Source of the DNA: Tortispora ganteri
Taxonomy: Eukaryota
Reading direction: 5' to 3'
DNA length: 64,000 bases
Assembly: GCA_003707115.1 (NCBI GenBank)
Contig: PPNB01000005.1
Span: forward strand, 124,001 to 188,000
Program-made: the position numbers and the translations under genes
In this document: positions 44,611-56,064 of the stretch, piece by piece
Numbering within the stretch: the first letter of the stretch is position 1
Layout of the letters: every line of letters begins with the position of its first letter
The notes under the pieces: generated by a model
What the model saw: the letters and a program-made list of their open reading frames with translations, nothing else
The model's database searches: none
What the model was told of the DNA's origin: nothing

Positions 44611-45759
44611 ATGACTGAGATTGTTCGCAAAGAAGTTCAAGACGGCGTCACCGGTGAAACCCGTGAACTATCTTACACTCGCTGCAGAGTCGTCGGAAAT
44701 GGCTCTTTCGGTGTCGTTTTCCAAACTACACTACAACCAAGTGGTGAAAATGCTGCGATAAAACAGGTATTGCAGGATCGACGCTTTAAAAACAGAGAGC
44801 TTGAAATTATGCGCCTGGTGCACCATCCAAATGTTGTCGACCTAAAGGCATTCTTCTATACCAAAGATGAATCACATGGTGACGATGTTTACCTAAACCT
44901 CGTGCTCGAATATATTCCTGAAACCGCATACCGTGCGCTCAGATTTTTTACGCGAGCTCGAAAACATATGCCTATGCTGGAAGTGAAACTGTATACATAT
45001 CAGCTGTTCCGGGCACTCGCATATATTCATTCCCTTGGGATCTGCCATCGCGATATTAAACCTCAGAATTTGCTCCTTGATCCAGCTACTGGAATTTTGA
45101 AGCTATGTGACTTTGGTTCTGCTAAAATCTTGGTACCAGGTGAGCCTAATGTTTCATACATTTGCTCACGCTACTACCGTGCCCCTGAATTGATTTTCGG
45201 TGCCACTAACTACACAACTTCTATTGATGTTTGGTCAACCGGATGTGTTATGGCTGAACTCACACTGGGGCAGCCCCTTTTCCCTGGAGAATCGGGCATT
45301 GACCAATTAGTTGAGATTATTAAAGTGCTTGGTACGCCTACTCGAGAACAAATACAGACTATGAACACGAATTACATGGAGCATAAGTTCCCACAAATTA
45401 GGCCGCATCCATTTTCAAGGATTTTCCGTCGTGGTGGGTCTGATTTTGTGGATCTTATGTCGAATCTATTGCAATATACACCTACGGCCCGCCTCACGGC
45501 AATACAGGCTATGTGTCATTCATTTTTTGATGAGCTACGAGACCCTAAGACAACTTTACCTGATTCGCGTGTTCCAGAGAATCCTGATCATCCACTTCCT
45601 CCCCTATTCAATTTTTCTGTGCGAGAATTGTCGATCTGTCCAGAATTGAACGATAAACTCGTTCCCCAGTTTGTTCGACCTGAGCTGAAAGAGCAGGGGA
45701 TTGATATGGACAACCTCACTTTAGTGCCGCAGGATCAACTGAAAGCACGGATGGACTGA
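44611..45759 (+). CDS. GSK-3 family kinase (Rim11/Mds1-like)
   Basis: [42 protein letters not shown]. Confidence 0.96.
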   Translation: MTEIVRKEVQDGVTGETRELSYTRCRVVGNGSFGVVFQTTLQPSGENAAIKQVLQDRRFKNRELEIMRLVHHPNVVDLKAFFYTKDESHGDDVYLNLVLEYIPETAYRALRFFTRARKHMPMLEVKLYTYQLFRALAYIHSLGICHRDIKPQNLLLDPATGILKLCDFGSAKILVPGEPNVSYICSRYYRAPELIFGATNYTTSIDVWSTGCVMAELTLGQPLFPGESGIDQLVEIIKVLGTPTREQIQTMNTNYMEHKFPQIRPHPFSRIFRRGGSDFVDLMSNLLQYTPTARLTAIQAMCHSFFDELRDPKTTLPDSRVPENPDHPLPPLFNFSVRELSICPELNDKLVPQFVRPELKEQGIDMDNLTLVPQDQLKARMD

Positions 45760-46051
45760 ACAAATCCTGTTTAACTGAAAACATTATCCCAAAGGGGAAT
45801 CCGGAAAGAAGGTGTTTATGCCTATAAATAACCTTACGGAGACAGGACGAACTTGAGACGCTGTATTCACTGCAGCCTCCTTGCTCGCACATTGACCTTT
45901 TATTTTGCATCGAAGCCCTCTCTTGGTTTATTTTAGGCGCTTATAATTTTCGTTCATGATGTATGTCTACTATACGATTAGTAAAAAGAATGTATGGCTG
46001 GGGCCAGTAGTATAATAAGTGTTATTGGTGTAGATGGTAAGGGCAGAGAGA

Positions 46052-46555
46052 CTAAAGCGCTAAAGAATATGTATACTCGTCCTGAACGTTTTGTGCGCCC
46101 CAAAGGACCATACAAGAGAGCATAATTAAGGAATTTGCTGCAACATTTGCAGCACCCATGTAAACGGTGCCGGAGGTATAGGTGGGCATTACGTACTTAA
46201 GTACGAGGACGACAACGGAGCCGGCAAGACCGCCTGCGAGGAGTGCGAAACCAAAGAAAAGGACAAGACGTGCACGCCATGTTGCAGAACCAGAATAATA
46301 GTCACCAGTTAGAGTGTTTTTGTCTACACTATTTATGACTATGAGGCCCATAGTAGAACATATAGAGGGGATCCAGTCTGGGAATGTGACATGGATAGTA
46401 GATCCGTTTTTTACGCTGTGAGAGTAGAGCGCTGCATCTAGAATGAGCCAAAAACCAATAGCAAACATCGCACCGGATACATAGATACCGAACGACCGCA
46501 AAGTCGAGGCGGACGGCAAAATTGACCGGATATTGAACTGAAATGCGGCTGGCAT
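46052..46555 (-). CDS. VPS68: Vacuolar protein sorting protein Vps68
   Basis: GIYVSGAMFAIG, HVTFPDWIPSICST, WRARLVLFFGFALLAGG, EYTYSLAL. Confidence 0.9.
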   Translation of the reverse strand: MPAAFQFNIRSILPSASTLRSFGIYVSGAMFAIGFWLILDAALYSHSVKNGSTIHVTFPDWIPSICSTMGLIVINSVDKNTLTGDYYSGSATWRARLVLFFGFALLAGGLAGSVVVLVLKYVMPTYTSGTVYMGAANVAANSLIMLSCMVLWGAQNVQDEYTYSLAL

Positions 46556-46692
46556 TATGGTGGAAGAAAGGCGAAATAGTGGTGGGTACCTCTTGTTTGG
46601 ATTATAGGCTGGCAACGGGCCATTACCTACCCAAAAGCCTGGTGACAGACAGAAAAACCTTACTTTTGACACCAGTCTTTTTTAAATCAGCG

Positions 46693-48048
46693 ATGCTAGA
46701 CATATATTCATTTCTCGAAGAGAAAGGCGGGAACCCAGAGGCAATTAGGGTGTCGCAGAAAGCACGCGGTGCGCCTGTAGAGATCGTTGACGAGATCATC
46801 AAGCAGTACAAGGACTGGACGAAGACCAAGTTCGATCTCGATGAATTGAATAAACGTCAAAATAAAATCCAGAAGGATATTGGACTAAAATATAAGGCAA
46901 AGGAGGACGCTACCGAATTGCTTGAACAGAAGAAGGCGATTGAGACCGAAAAACAGTTGCTTAGCGCTTTGGCCGACGACCAAGACAAGCAATTAAAGGC
47001 TAAACTGAATACCGTTGGCAATATTGTGCACTCGTCAGTGCCTGTGTCCATGGATGAAGATAACAACGAACTCATCCGCAGCTGGGCACCGGAAGGCTTG
47101 TCAGTTGAAAAGAAAAATTGTCTTTCGCACCATGAAGTTCTGACTCGTCTTGATGGTTACGATCCAGAACGCGGCACCAAGATTGTTGGACACAGAGGAT
47201 ATTTTCTCAAACAGCATGGTGTCTTCTTGAACCAAGCTCTTATCAACTATGGCCTGCATTTTCTTGCCGAAAACGGCTATACTGCACTACAGGCGCCTGT
47301 AATGATGAACCGAGACGTCATGGCTAAAACTGCCCAACTTTCGCAGTTCGACGAGGAGCTATACAAAGTGCTTGATGGCGAGGACGAAAAATATCTCATT
47401 GCCACTTCCGAGCAGCCTATCTCTGCTCTTCATTCGGGTGAATGGTTCGAACAGCCTGCCACTCAACTTCCTTGTCGTTACGCTGGCTACTCTTCATGCT
47501 TCCGCCGTGAAGCTGGTGCCCATGGCAAAGATGCTTGGGGTATTTTTCGCGTGCACGAGTTCCAAAAGATCGAGCAGTTCTGTCTCACTGAGCCAGAAAA
47601 ATCGTGGGACGAGTTTGATCGTATGATTGGACTTTCTGAGAAGTTTTACCAATCGCTTGGTCTGCCGTACCGCGTTGTAGCCATTGTTTCAGGCGAATTG
47701 AATAACGCTGCTGCCAAAAAGTATGATCTTGAGGCCTGGTTTCCATTCCAGGGTGAGTACAAGGAACTTGTTTCATGTTCTAACTGTACTGATTACCAAT
47801 CTAGGAACCTTGAGATCCGTTGCGGTATCAAGAAGATGAACGAGAAGGAGAAGAAGTACGTGCACTGTCTGAACTCTACTTTGTGTGCGACTGAGCGTGC
47901 ACTCTGCTGCGTTTTAGAGAATTATCAGACTCCAGAAGGACTTATTGTGCCTGAGGTTTTACGACCTTACTTGCCCGGTGCGCCTGATTTCCTTCCGTTT
48001 ACAAGGGAGCTGCCCAAGGACTCTACTTCGCAGAAGCGCAAGAAATGA
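46693..48048 (+). CDS. SES1: Cytosolic seryl-tRNA synthetase
   Basis: MLDI start, YLIATSEQP, FRREAGAHG, ELVSCSNCTDYQSR, LNSTLCATER. Confidence 0.97.
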   Translation: MLDIYSFLEEKGGNPEAIRVSQKARGAPVEIVDEIIKQYKDWTKTKFDLDELNKRQNKIQKDIGLKYKAKEDATELLEQKKAIETEKQLLSALADDQDKQLKAKLNTVGNIVHSSVPVSMDEDNNELIRSWAPEGLSVEKKNCLSHHEVLTRLDGYDPERGTKIVGHRGYFLKQHGVFLNQALINYGLHFLAENGYTALQAPVMMNRDVMAKTAQLSQFDEELYKVLDGEDEKYLIATSEQPISALHSGEWFEQPATQLPCRYAGYSSCFRREAGAHGKDAWGIFRVHEFQKIEQFCLTEPEKSWDEFDRMIGLSEKFYQSLGLPYRVVAIVSGELNNAAAKKYDLEAWFPFQGEYKELVSCSNCTDYQSRNLEIRCGIKKMNEKEKKYVHCLNSTLCATERALCCVLENYQTPEGLIVPEVLRPYLPGAPDFLPFTRELPKDSTSQKRKK

Positions 48049-48817
48049 GCAGGGTATTGATGAAATTGTTCAAACTTTCCTTGTGTTCGCTCTCCCCGTA
48101 GAGCTGCTGCAGGGAGCGTGCTAGAATTAAGTAATGCTTTGCAATTGATGGATTTTCGCGTAGAGTGAATAACATGAACGACCAGCCGGAAACGTCATTA
48201 ACGTGCGTTGAACACCATTCCCAGGTCATTTGGGCGATACGATCTAGGTTGACTGTAGTCCATTTGTCGTTGCGTAGCATGTATCGTGCATGAAGCCAAG
48301 CGTAGTAGTTTGACAGGTGAAATTCACCAGAATCACGCACCAATTGCAGTTCCGTGTCAAGATCGACGGAACTCGGGTTTTCCGCTTGCAACTGCGTAAT
48401 AACCCAACGTCGGTGATCCCATAAGATAGAACTTTTGTTTACCTTATTTATCCGGCAGGCTAGCAGTGTCGCAAGTACGTACAGTTCATGAACTAGCCAG
48501 TCAGATCTCTGTTGAAGCACACATTTGCGAATATTGACGGCAGTACTGTGGTTAGGACAGCATAAAATCACTACAAATGTCAATTGCATTGCCAGGTTAT
48601 GTTGCGTGGACAGATTAGGCATGATCTGTTTCAGTTGCGCCGCCGATTGTGGGAGGATAGTGTATAATGACTTTTGATCGATAAATAAACAGTTCTCATG
48701 CAATTCTAAAGGGTTTGACAGCCGCATAATTTCTACATGATGACTTATATTAGTAAATATATCACCTAAAAAAGTAAAATAAAACTTACATGTTAGTGTT
48801 GGAGTGGTAGACTGCAT
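48023..48817 (-). CDS. Protein prenyltransferase alpha-subunit repeat protein (Ecm9/PTAR1-like); start uncertain
   Basis: PFTA-repeat motifs NKSSILWDHRRW, HLSNYYAWLHAR, HVNDVSGWSF. Confidence 0.7.
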   Translation of the reverse strand: MQSTTPTLTCKFYFTFLGDIFTNISHHVEIMRLSNPLELHENCLFIDQKSLYTILPQSAAQLKQIMPNLSTQHNLAMQLTFVVILCCPNHSTAVNIRKCVLQQRSDWLVHELYVLATLLACRINKVNKSSILWDHRRWVITQLQAENPSSVDLDTELQLVRDSGEFHLSNYYAWLHARYMLRNDKWTTVNLDRIAQMTWEWCSTHVNDVSGWSFMLFTLRENPSIAKHYLILARSLQQLYGESEHKESLNNFINTLLISCASAK

Positions 48818-48977
48818 CGATCGCGGCAAGCATCGATGGTGAAGTCGAAAGGAGAGTTGTGGAATTAGCGCTACGAGTAAGAGAAGTACATACTTTAAGT
48901 GAATCAAAAATAGGCGTTAAACAGCTATAAATAATGAAGTGCAGCAGATTTGTGACATTTTTTGAGACTGTTTACGC

Positions 48978-50204
48978 TTATTTGAGGACCTTACCGTCTG
49001 CTATTTCGAGCAACTTGCCCTCAATCTCAACAGGTTTATCCCAAGCCCAGACAGCTTCAATGAACTCCTTGTCCTCAGGCTTGGAGGCATCAAGTTTAGT
49101 GAACTTGTAGGATTCCCAGTCAGGAGCGACATCAAAGGCAGGAGCAAAGTCCTGACCGCGGACGAGAACAGCACCAGTGATACCGTTACTGTTGTTCTCG
49201 CCAGCAATGACGAGGCAGCCAAACATGTACTTGACAGAAGCAGACAAACGATTGAAGAAACCACCAACAAGATTTGAAGACATGAAAACAAGAGTCAACT
49301 CGTCGTTGTACTTGTAGTCTACGCGCCAGATAGAGTACTCTTCAGGGTCGTAGTTTTCCCAGAACCAGGGAAGAGCTTTTTCGCGAGTTTCCTCGTTGGA
49401 GTAGACGCGTTTCCAAGAGTCAAGAGGCATCTTTTTGGCAGGTCCAAGAGCATCAAGCGGATGCTTAGGCTTAGGAGCAGGCTTATCTTCAGCGGGTGCT
49501 TCTACCTTCTTAGCTTCCTTCTTGGGCTGCTCTTTCTTAGGAGGGGTGTATTTAACCGGTACGTCGACGAACTCGATGTCACCGAAGAACTCCTTAAAAC
49601 AATCAAGGCTCTTCATAAGAGTAAAGTAGCGAGTAGTGTGAGGGTGTTTTTGACGCCATTCAGTACCGAAGACGAGGGTAAAGGGACGGGCCAACGTAGC
49701 AGATATTGCGATATCGGCAGCGGTAAAGCGCTCGCCAACGGTATAAGTGTTGTTAGCATAATGAGGCTCCAAAATGTCGTCCATTATTTTGTTGGTGAAA
49801 GCTTCAGAAGCAGCAGAAGCTTTCTTATCGTAGGGGATGGCACCAATGAGGGGGCGAAGCCAGTCGCCAGATCCAGGAAGAAGTTCTTGGTTAGCAATGT
49901 TAATCCATTGGAGGACCTTAGCCTGCACATCAGCGGTGGCACCAAAGAGTTTGTTGAATGCTTCAGGTTTCTGCTGAGCGAAGTAGTACATGATAGCAGG
50001 GGTTTCGGTAAGCTTGTAGCCATCCTCGCCAATAAAGGCAGGGACCTTCTTCAAAGGGAAGTTATCAAGGAATTCTTGAGAATACTTATTCTCAGAGGGA
50101 ATGGTGGTTGACAGAGTGACATCAAGACCGGCTACTTTTGCAGTGGCGAGAACAGTAATAGCACGAGGGTTGCCTTCGTATGAGTAAATAGTTCCGAATG
50201 ACAT
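48978..50204 (-). CDS. TEF4: Translation elongation factor eEF1B gamma (Tef4/Cam1)
   Basis: GST-like N-domain (FPLKKVPAF), KPKHPL, WKRVYSNEETR, FMSSNLVGGFFNRL, ADGKVLK. Confidence 0.95.
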   Translation of the reverse strand: MSFGTIYSYEGNPRAITVLATAKVAGLDVTLSTTIPSENKYSQEFLDNFPLKKVPAFIGEDGYKLTETPAIMYYFAQQKPEAFNKLFGATADVQAKVLQWINIANQELLPGSGDWLRPLIGAIPYDKKASAASEAFTNKIMDDILEPHYANNTYTVGERFTAADIAISATLARPFTLVFGTEWRQKHPHTTRYFTLMKSLDCFKEFFGDIEFVDVPVKYTPPKKEQPKKEAKKVEAPAEDKPAPKPKHPLDALGPAKKMPLDSWKRVYSNEETREKALPWFWENYDPEEYSIWRVDYKYNDELTLVFMSSNLVGGFFNRLSASVKYMFGCLVIAGENNSNGITGAVLVRGQDFAPAFDVAPDWESYKFTKLDASKPEDKEFIEAVWAWDKPVEIEGKLLEIADGKVLK

Positions 50205-50732
50205 TGTTAATTGTGTAGAATAAAAGAGTCGAAATTTAAAAAAGTTGCAGAGCGGATATTGACCAGAGAAAATTATCGAATAAAGTTTAAGCGTAGGGTA
50301 AATAATATATAAACAAAATGCAAGTTATTCGCACATACAGCTACTTGAATGAATCATCTATTATATATACTTATTTTATAACAATTAAAATATGAATAAA
50401 CAACAATTGAAACCATTGAAACAGCTAGTGTAGTTGAGGTTTGATGTATTGTAGTTGAGCCTAGGGTAAGGGTAAATATTTGACTTTTTTGATGTAATTC
50501 CATTTGCAGTAGCGAGCGACGTCTTGTTTGGCAGTTTTTGTGTAATAAATTAGATGGAAATATCCTGTAACATATAATGTCATATTATTATTTATACGAC
50601 AATCCTGATAAAATGAATGCTGTGACAAATGGCGGGTAGATTAGATGTTGATGGTTGTGATTGGTCAATAGTTTGAGAGTTTTTTATCGAAACCTGTACA
50701 CTACTACCACCACACAAAACCATACCAGTATC

Positions 50733-51551
50733 ATGCTTGGACGGATATTAAGACAGACTGGTGGCAAATGGGGCTTGCGACTGATTGAAAGACGCGGGTT
50801 ACATATCAGTCGACAAGTACGAGCGGCAACGAGCCCGCGGATAGTGCCGATATCGCCGTCATTCTTCACGAAAGACCCTGTAGGGTACGATTTCATATCG
50901 TATGTAGAAACTGTTCTGGCAGCTCACGAGAATGCCACCAAAAAGGACACCAGTTCTGCATTCGAACCGGTATCTTTTGAAGAATACAAGAACATTTCTG
51001 GCGCTAGCACGTTGAAGAATTATCGGCGGCTCGTGGCGGCACTGGAACAACTTGCACAGTACAAGCCTGAGTATTTATCTGCAGAAGCACAGGAACTGTT
51101 GACGAAATTCGCTAAAGTGCAAGAGGGACGTGTTTCGAATAGAAAGATACGGCAACTAGATGAGTTCGGAAGAGCTTACGGAACCGGGTTTCGAAAAGAA
51201 GCTAGTGCACAGGTTTACTTAGTGAAAGGTACAGGTCAAGTCTTAGTAAACGGTAAGCAGCTGGACGTATACTTCCCGCGCGCATCAGACCGCGCTAGAG
51301 TTGTGTATCCACTAGAAGTAATTAGTGGAGAGCTACAGTACAATGCGTTTCTCGTAACGAAAGGTGGCGGAACGACTGGTCAGGCTGATGCATGTGCTCT
51401 GGCGATTGCACGCGCATTAGTCGTACAGAACCCAGGATTCAAGGATATCTTAGAGGAATCGAATTGCCTGTTCAGAGACCCGAGAAAGGTGGAGCGTAAG
51501 AAACCAGGCCGTCTAAAAGCACGCAAGAGGCCGACCTGGGTCAAACGCTGA
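50733..51551 (+). CDS. MRPS9: Mitochondrial ribosomal protein uS9m
   Basis: GGGTTGQA and RDPRKVERKKPGRLKARKRPTWVKR; presequence from ATG 50733. Confidence 0.93.
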   Translation: MLGRILRQTGGKWGLRLIERRGLHISRQVRAATSPRIVPISPSFFTKDPVGYDFISYVETVLAAHENATKKDTSSAFEPVSFEEYKNISGASTLKNYRRLVAALEQLAQYKPEYLSAEAQELLTKFAKVQEGRVSNRKIRQLDEFGRAYGTGFRKEASAQVYLVKGTGQVLVNGKQLDVYFPRASDRARVVYPLEVISGELQYNAFLVTKGGGTTGQADACALAIARALVVQNPGFKDILEESNCLFRDPRKVERKKPGRLKARKRPTWVKR

Positions 51552-51675
51552 TGCGAATATGTCTGTTATGTTTGTATGTGTATATATGCAAAAACACTTT
51601 TGTGGTGTAAGAATGAAGGTATTGAACATAATTGTAGAACAATTATAACAAATAACTTTTATTAAAGAATCAATT

Positions 51676-52215
51676 TTAGAACATTTGATCAAGATTCATA
51701 GCTTTTGCAACATCCAGTTCTTGCACGAGTTGAGTAAACTCTTCAAAACTAAGCCGTTTGTCTCCGTCTTTATCATTCTCCATAATGGTCTTATCGACAA
51801 TCTGTTGAAGCTGTTCATCAGTCAAATTACTACCGACCATCATTTTTAAAACCAAAAACAACTCGCCATTGGAAATATAGCCGTCCCTATCAATATCGTA
51901 TACTCTGAAAGCAAATCTCAGCTTATCGAGGTTAGGTCCTGTGGACGTGAACGCTGAAAGAAGCATCACAAATTCTCGAAAATCAATATCACCACCAGCA
52001 TCCTGGTCAAAAAGCGCAATTAAGCGATGTGCTAATGGATTATTCCTGATTCCAGGAATCGCCATCAATTCTTCGCGGTCGATCGTCCCAGAAGAATCCT
52101 TGTCAAGTTTCATGAACCTCTTTCTTAGCCGGTCCATCTCTTCAGCGGAAAACCCCGTCCCAGAACTCATTGATTCAAGAAGTTGCTGCGTATGTGCACT
52201 TTCAGCTTGTCCCAT
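51676..52215 (-). CDS. CNB1: Calcineurin regulatory subunit B
   Basis: MG start, [15 protein letters not shown], four EF-hands, [23 protein letters not shown]. Confidence 0.96.
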   Translation of the reverse strand: MGQAESAHTQQLLESMSSGTGFSAEEMDRLRKRFMKLDKDSSGTIDREELMAIPGIRNNPLAHRLIALFDQDAGGDIDFREFVMLLSAFTSTGPNLDKLRFAFRVYDIDRDGYISNGELFLVLKMMVGSNLTDEQLQQIVDKTIMENDKDGDKRLSFEEFTQLVQELDVAKAMNLDQMF

Positions 52216-52836
52216 ATTGTCTAATAATGTCGTCTTTACACGGTCTCGTGTTCTAGGGCACTTGTTCAGATCTGAATCGCAAGTTGGTAGTTTGTATAAC
52301 CCTAACCTGGAATTTACAACGATATGTAACTCGCATTCATAAGGTATGCTATCACTGCAATCCAGCTATACTTTTAAAGTGGAATATCTACGGTTTACTT
52401 GTATGTAATAAATATGCAAATACTAGCTGTAAAGCACTTGAACAATCTATAGCCGTATGTAGCAAGAATATTGACAGGGCTTTCAGAGTAATAGTTGCTA
52501 TGGAAAACTGCTTGTTACTGCTGATATACAACCTTAAGAGAGCACCCAAACACAACCCCCTATTTCCGCCACCTTCTGGTGTCTTTTTTGTCGCATAACA
52601 GCGTCACGCGTTCCTCCTTGACAAAAAACGTCGATTTGGTTGGTCTGCTTGCATTTACCATCGCGATTTCAGGAGGTTTACCGCACGTTTTCCCCGTTTT
52701 CACTGATTTTTCCTAGCAAAATCACAGACCTAATACATACATTTTCCTTGCGGTTGCTAGGCTGTGTGCACTGAAAATTTGCATTCACCTGACAATTGCC
52801 TATTTGGGATACCCCACAGTTTGTTAGCATTATCAG

Positions 52837-54888
52837 ATGGTATTAACGTCGAGGCAGGAGTCCGCTGCGCGGTTCCGCCAGCGTAAAATCTCTGTCAAAC
52901 AGAGCCTTCAGATTATCCCACAATCAGAGATACCGGATATTGATGACGAGGCCTTGCAGCGAGACGTTCAGCCTTTAGAGACCGGTGTCGAAAAACACGA
53001 AGAGGAGGAAGTCCATCTCCAGCAGGTCATCAACGCTTCTCAGGCCGCAGCCCTCAGCGGTAAGGTCGAAAATGTATATATTCCTACTCGCGACTCTACT
53101 AAAATTCCTATCGAAGAGTATAATAAACTCTACCCTGATAGATTTGTCGAACCTGCATCTTATATTCGCTTCTCATCTACAGTGGAAGATACTTCGGGCG
53201 TCCCATACTGCATGGACGAGATCGATGAGGCGTTTTATAGCAAAACATTCATGTCAGAGCCAGTATGTACTCGGGATGTATTTGAAGAGATTATGTACGC
53301 TTTTGAATGTTTAATTGATGTCAAACAGCCGTACTTACATCTCAACCCTAACGAAATTCTGCCCTTCGAAAGTTTGCGCGACGAGTTTGGCTACGATGAT
53401 GATGACGAACCACTTATTAACGACAACCATACATTTCCGTACCAGATAACGTTTGGACATATTCCTGCTTCTGCAGTACAAAAATTTGCAGAACAAATAT
53501 ATCTACATTGGAAAGCTCGCCGGATTGAACGAAACGGTAAATCTATAATTCCTTCATTGCGTTTTGAAGATGTCAATGACAAAGACGATTCTGATCCTTA
53601 CGTCTGTTTCCGTCGACGAGAAGTGCGCCAGGTGCGCAAGACTCGAAGGGCTGACGCACAAGCTTCGGAACGTCTACGCAGACTTCGTGCTGAAATGGAT
53701 ATGGCCAAGAATCTTGTAGAGCTTGTCTTGAAACGTGAACAACTGCGCAAGGAGAGTCTTATTACTGAATTGAATGTGTTCCAACAACGGTGTCATTTGA
53801 AAGAAGTTAAACGGAAGCTTGGAATCAAAGGCGACGATGAAGATCTTGTCAACCATAAAAAGAAGAAAATTGTACCTTCACCTGTCGCACCTAAACAGGC
53901 TGCTGAACAGCGACCGGCTCATGAACCTTCTGCATCGGCTCAAACTACTCATAACAATAGTGGTACTACGGCTTCTGCCTCTGCCATGAAGCTACAACCT
54001 TCTAAGATCCCTGACTTAGATATGATTACCCTACAGGATGTTAGACGCGAAAAGAAACTAGCTCTGGAAACAGCTATTGAAGCCAGACTGGCCCGCCGAC
54101 GAGAAGGTGACAGTGGATGGGTTAATTACACAGAAATAGCCTATGGAGCCTCTCCTTTCATAACAGCTAGTACCGGAGAGCAATCGTCTGCGACATTTTC
54201 TTCGTTGACTGTGCCTAATGCTAATCTGGTATCTGGTGCAGATACATCAGATAGTGAGAAGGAATATGTTCCTGAAATTACGAAGCACTACAGTTTGGAT
54301 AATGTTAAGGCTCGGCGAGTAGGAGTGGCCGGGTTTAGAAGACGCATTGGACGTGGAGGTAGAGTTTTTATTGATCGTATGGGCCCTACTACTTTTTCGA
54401 ATCACTTGTTTAGGAAAGACAAGGAAACCCTGGTAAAAAGCCAACATATGGAACGACTTGAGGACCGTTTCAAATTTGATCGTGACGAGGACCAAGACGA
54501 GGATACTGATTTCTATTACTCGCGGATGTTTAAAGTACCTGAAGAGCTTCCACGTACCACATCTAGTTTTTTGGACCCCTTAGACGATGCGAGTATTCGG
54601 TTTGGTACTGCTCTTATATCTAAAGCGTATGAGGCATACCGGGAGACTTACATGCGACAACAAGCGCAGGTACAGGCGCATGCTCAGTCGCGCGGTGAAG
54701 TGCGGTCTACAAGCAATAATGCTACTGCGCCCAAGAAGTCTAATGCGGATATATTGAGTGATTCATTAAGTACCATTAAGCAGGCTGATGCTAGCAACAA
54801 AGAAAGTGGATTATCTGGCGGGAGTTCTAGTACGTCACCTCGAGAATCGCCGAGCATGATTAAGCCATTATCTACTAAAGTGCATTAG
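52837..54888 (+). CDS. EPL1: Enhancer of polycomb-like NuA4 subunit
   Basis: RFRQRKISVKQ, ETGVEKHEEEEVHLQ, YIRFSSTVED, DPYVCFRRREVRQVRKTRR, RRRIGRGGR. Confidence 0.95.
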   Translation: MVLTSRQESAARFRQRKISVKQSLQIIPQSEIPDIDDEALQRDVQPLETGVEKHEEEEVHLQQVINASQAAALSGKVENVYIPTRDSTKIPIEEYNKLYPDRFVEPASYIRFSSTVEDTSGVPYCMDEIDEAFYSKTFMSEPVCTRDVFEEIMYAFECLIDVKQPYLHLNPNEILPFESLRDEFGYDDDDEPLINDNHTFPYQITFGHIPASAVQKFAEQIYLHWKARRIERNGKSIIPSLRFEDVNDKDDSDPYVCFRRREVRQVRKTRRADAQASERLRRLRAEMDMAKNLVELVLKREQLRKESLITELNVFQQRCHLKEVKRKLGIKGDDEDLVNHKKKKIVPSPVAPKQAAEQRPAHEPSASAQTTHNNSGTTASASAMKLQPSKIPDLDMITLQDVRREKKLALETAIEARLARRREGDSGWVNYTEIAYGASPFITASTGEQSSATFSSLTVPNANLVSGADTSDSEKEYVPEITKHYSLDNVKARRVGVAGFRRRIGRGGRVFIDRMGPTTFSNHLFRKDKETLVKSQHMERLEDRFKFDRDEDQDEDTDFYYSRMFKVPEELPRTTSSFLDPLDDASIRFGTALISKAYEAYRETYMRQQAQVQAHAQSRGEVRSTSNNATAPKKSNADILSDSLSTIKQADASNKESGLSGGSSSTSPRESPSMIKPLSTKVH

Positions 54889-55389
54889 CTTAGGTAAGAA
54901 AAAGAACCGATATATGTGGCATTAAGACGTTTAACTTCGCGTGAACATGCCTGTTTGAAGTTTTGAAGCTTTACGTCTGTTGATTTCTTTGAATGAGTGT
55001 TTAGAGTTTTCCTTCCTAAAAAGGCGAATTGAATATACTTCAAAGACACTTACTTACAACAAGATTTTGATGTTACACGGACTAAAACTTCTTGACGGAC
55101 GACTAATTGTACTTCTAGTTTTGAAATATATAAATAATATTGATGACTTTTAACGATATGAATAATGTAAGAGGTTGAAAGATGATTATTATAGACGAAG
55201 TTTGTGACCGTTTAAAAACTCTATTTAGATATACACATGTTTTCTTTGAATGATTGAAATAAATAGAATTAGTTACAAATTATACATCAAAGAAAGGAAA
55301 AAGTGTGAATTGAGGGTTTTTAACGGATGGTAATATAAATAGCTCTAATTAAAAACATAGATCAAGGGTTGAATTTTTTCTGCGCGCTA

Positions 55390-55986
55390 ATGATTGAAGA
55401 GTGTTCACGGTTAAACAAAATAGCGCTACAGGGTCCATATGGAACGTACCAGGAAAGCATTGATTTAGCAACAAATGAAGGGAACGAGACGAGTAGTTTG
55501 AGCAATATGAATTGTACTACGTATAATGGATTCAAGAGTTGTTCAACTACATCTATATACAAAAGAAGACATCGTCGTGCTATGCCTAGTCTACAATTAT
55601 CAAGTAAACACAAATTACCATCAAGAACGGTTAAATCTGCAACACTTGCAAAAGATTTAACAATGCAAGATATTGGACTAGTATGTTTATCACCACTTAT
55701 TTATAAGAGTTTAACACCGACAATGCAGGAAGCATTGAAAAGTGCTAATACGATCGCTGCTGAACAAAGAGCGTTGATCGCTCGTAATGAACTGGTAAGC
55801 TCCTCTGTCGAAGATGATGAAAGTGATTCGGAATATTATGATTCTTATAGTACTCTACCAACTCCATGTGCATCTTCAACAACAATCCCAGATATTTCTG
55901 ATGTATTTGAAGACGGTTCAGTCAAACCCACCCTGATCCCTGAACGACCGTCTTTTTCACCACTTACACCTACATTCCGCTACTGA
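55390..55986 (+). CDS. Hypothetical protein, function unknown
   Basis: About 198 aa ORF filling the EPL1-CDC43 gap; low-complexity with one helical-looking block (DIGLVCLSP...MQEALKSANTIAAEQRALI). Confidence 0.55.
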   Translation: MIEECSRLNKIALQGPYGTYQESIDLATNEGNETSSLSNMNCTTYNGFKSCSTTSIYKRRHRRAMPSLQLSSKHKLPSRTVKSATLAKDLTMQDIGLVCLSPLIYKSLTPTMQEALKSANTIAAEQRALIARNELVSSSVEDDESDSEYYDSYSTLPTPCASSTTIPDISDVFEDGSVKPTLIPERPSFSPLTPTFRY

Positions 55987-56064
55987 GCCGGTCTCCTTTC
56001 TGCATATCCACCTGATACGCGTATATAGCATTCATTCACATTCTATAAATTTGCATGTAGTCTC

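Noticed and set aside
46543..46692. 50-aa upstream extension of SES1 in the ORF track
   Set aside because: Overlaps the VPS68 start and shared promoter, contains acidic residues and is not presequence-like; the conserved start is MLDI at 46693.
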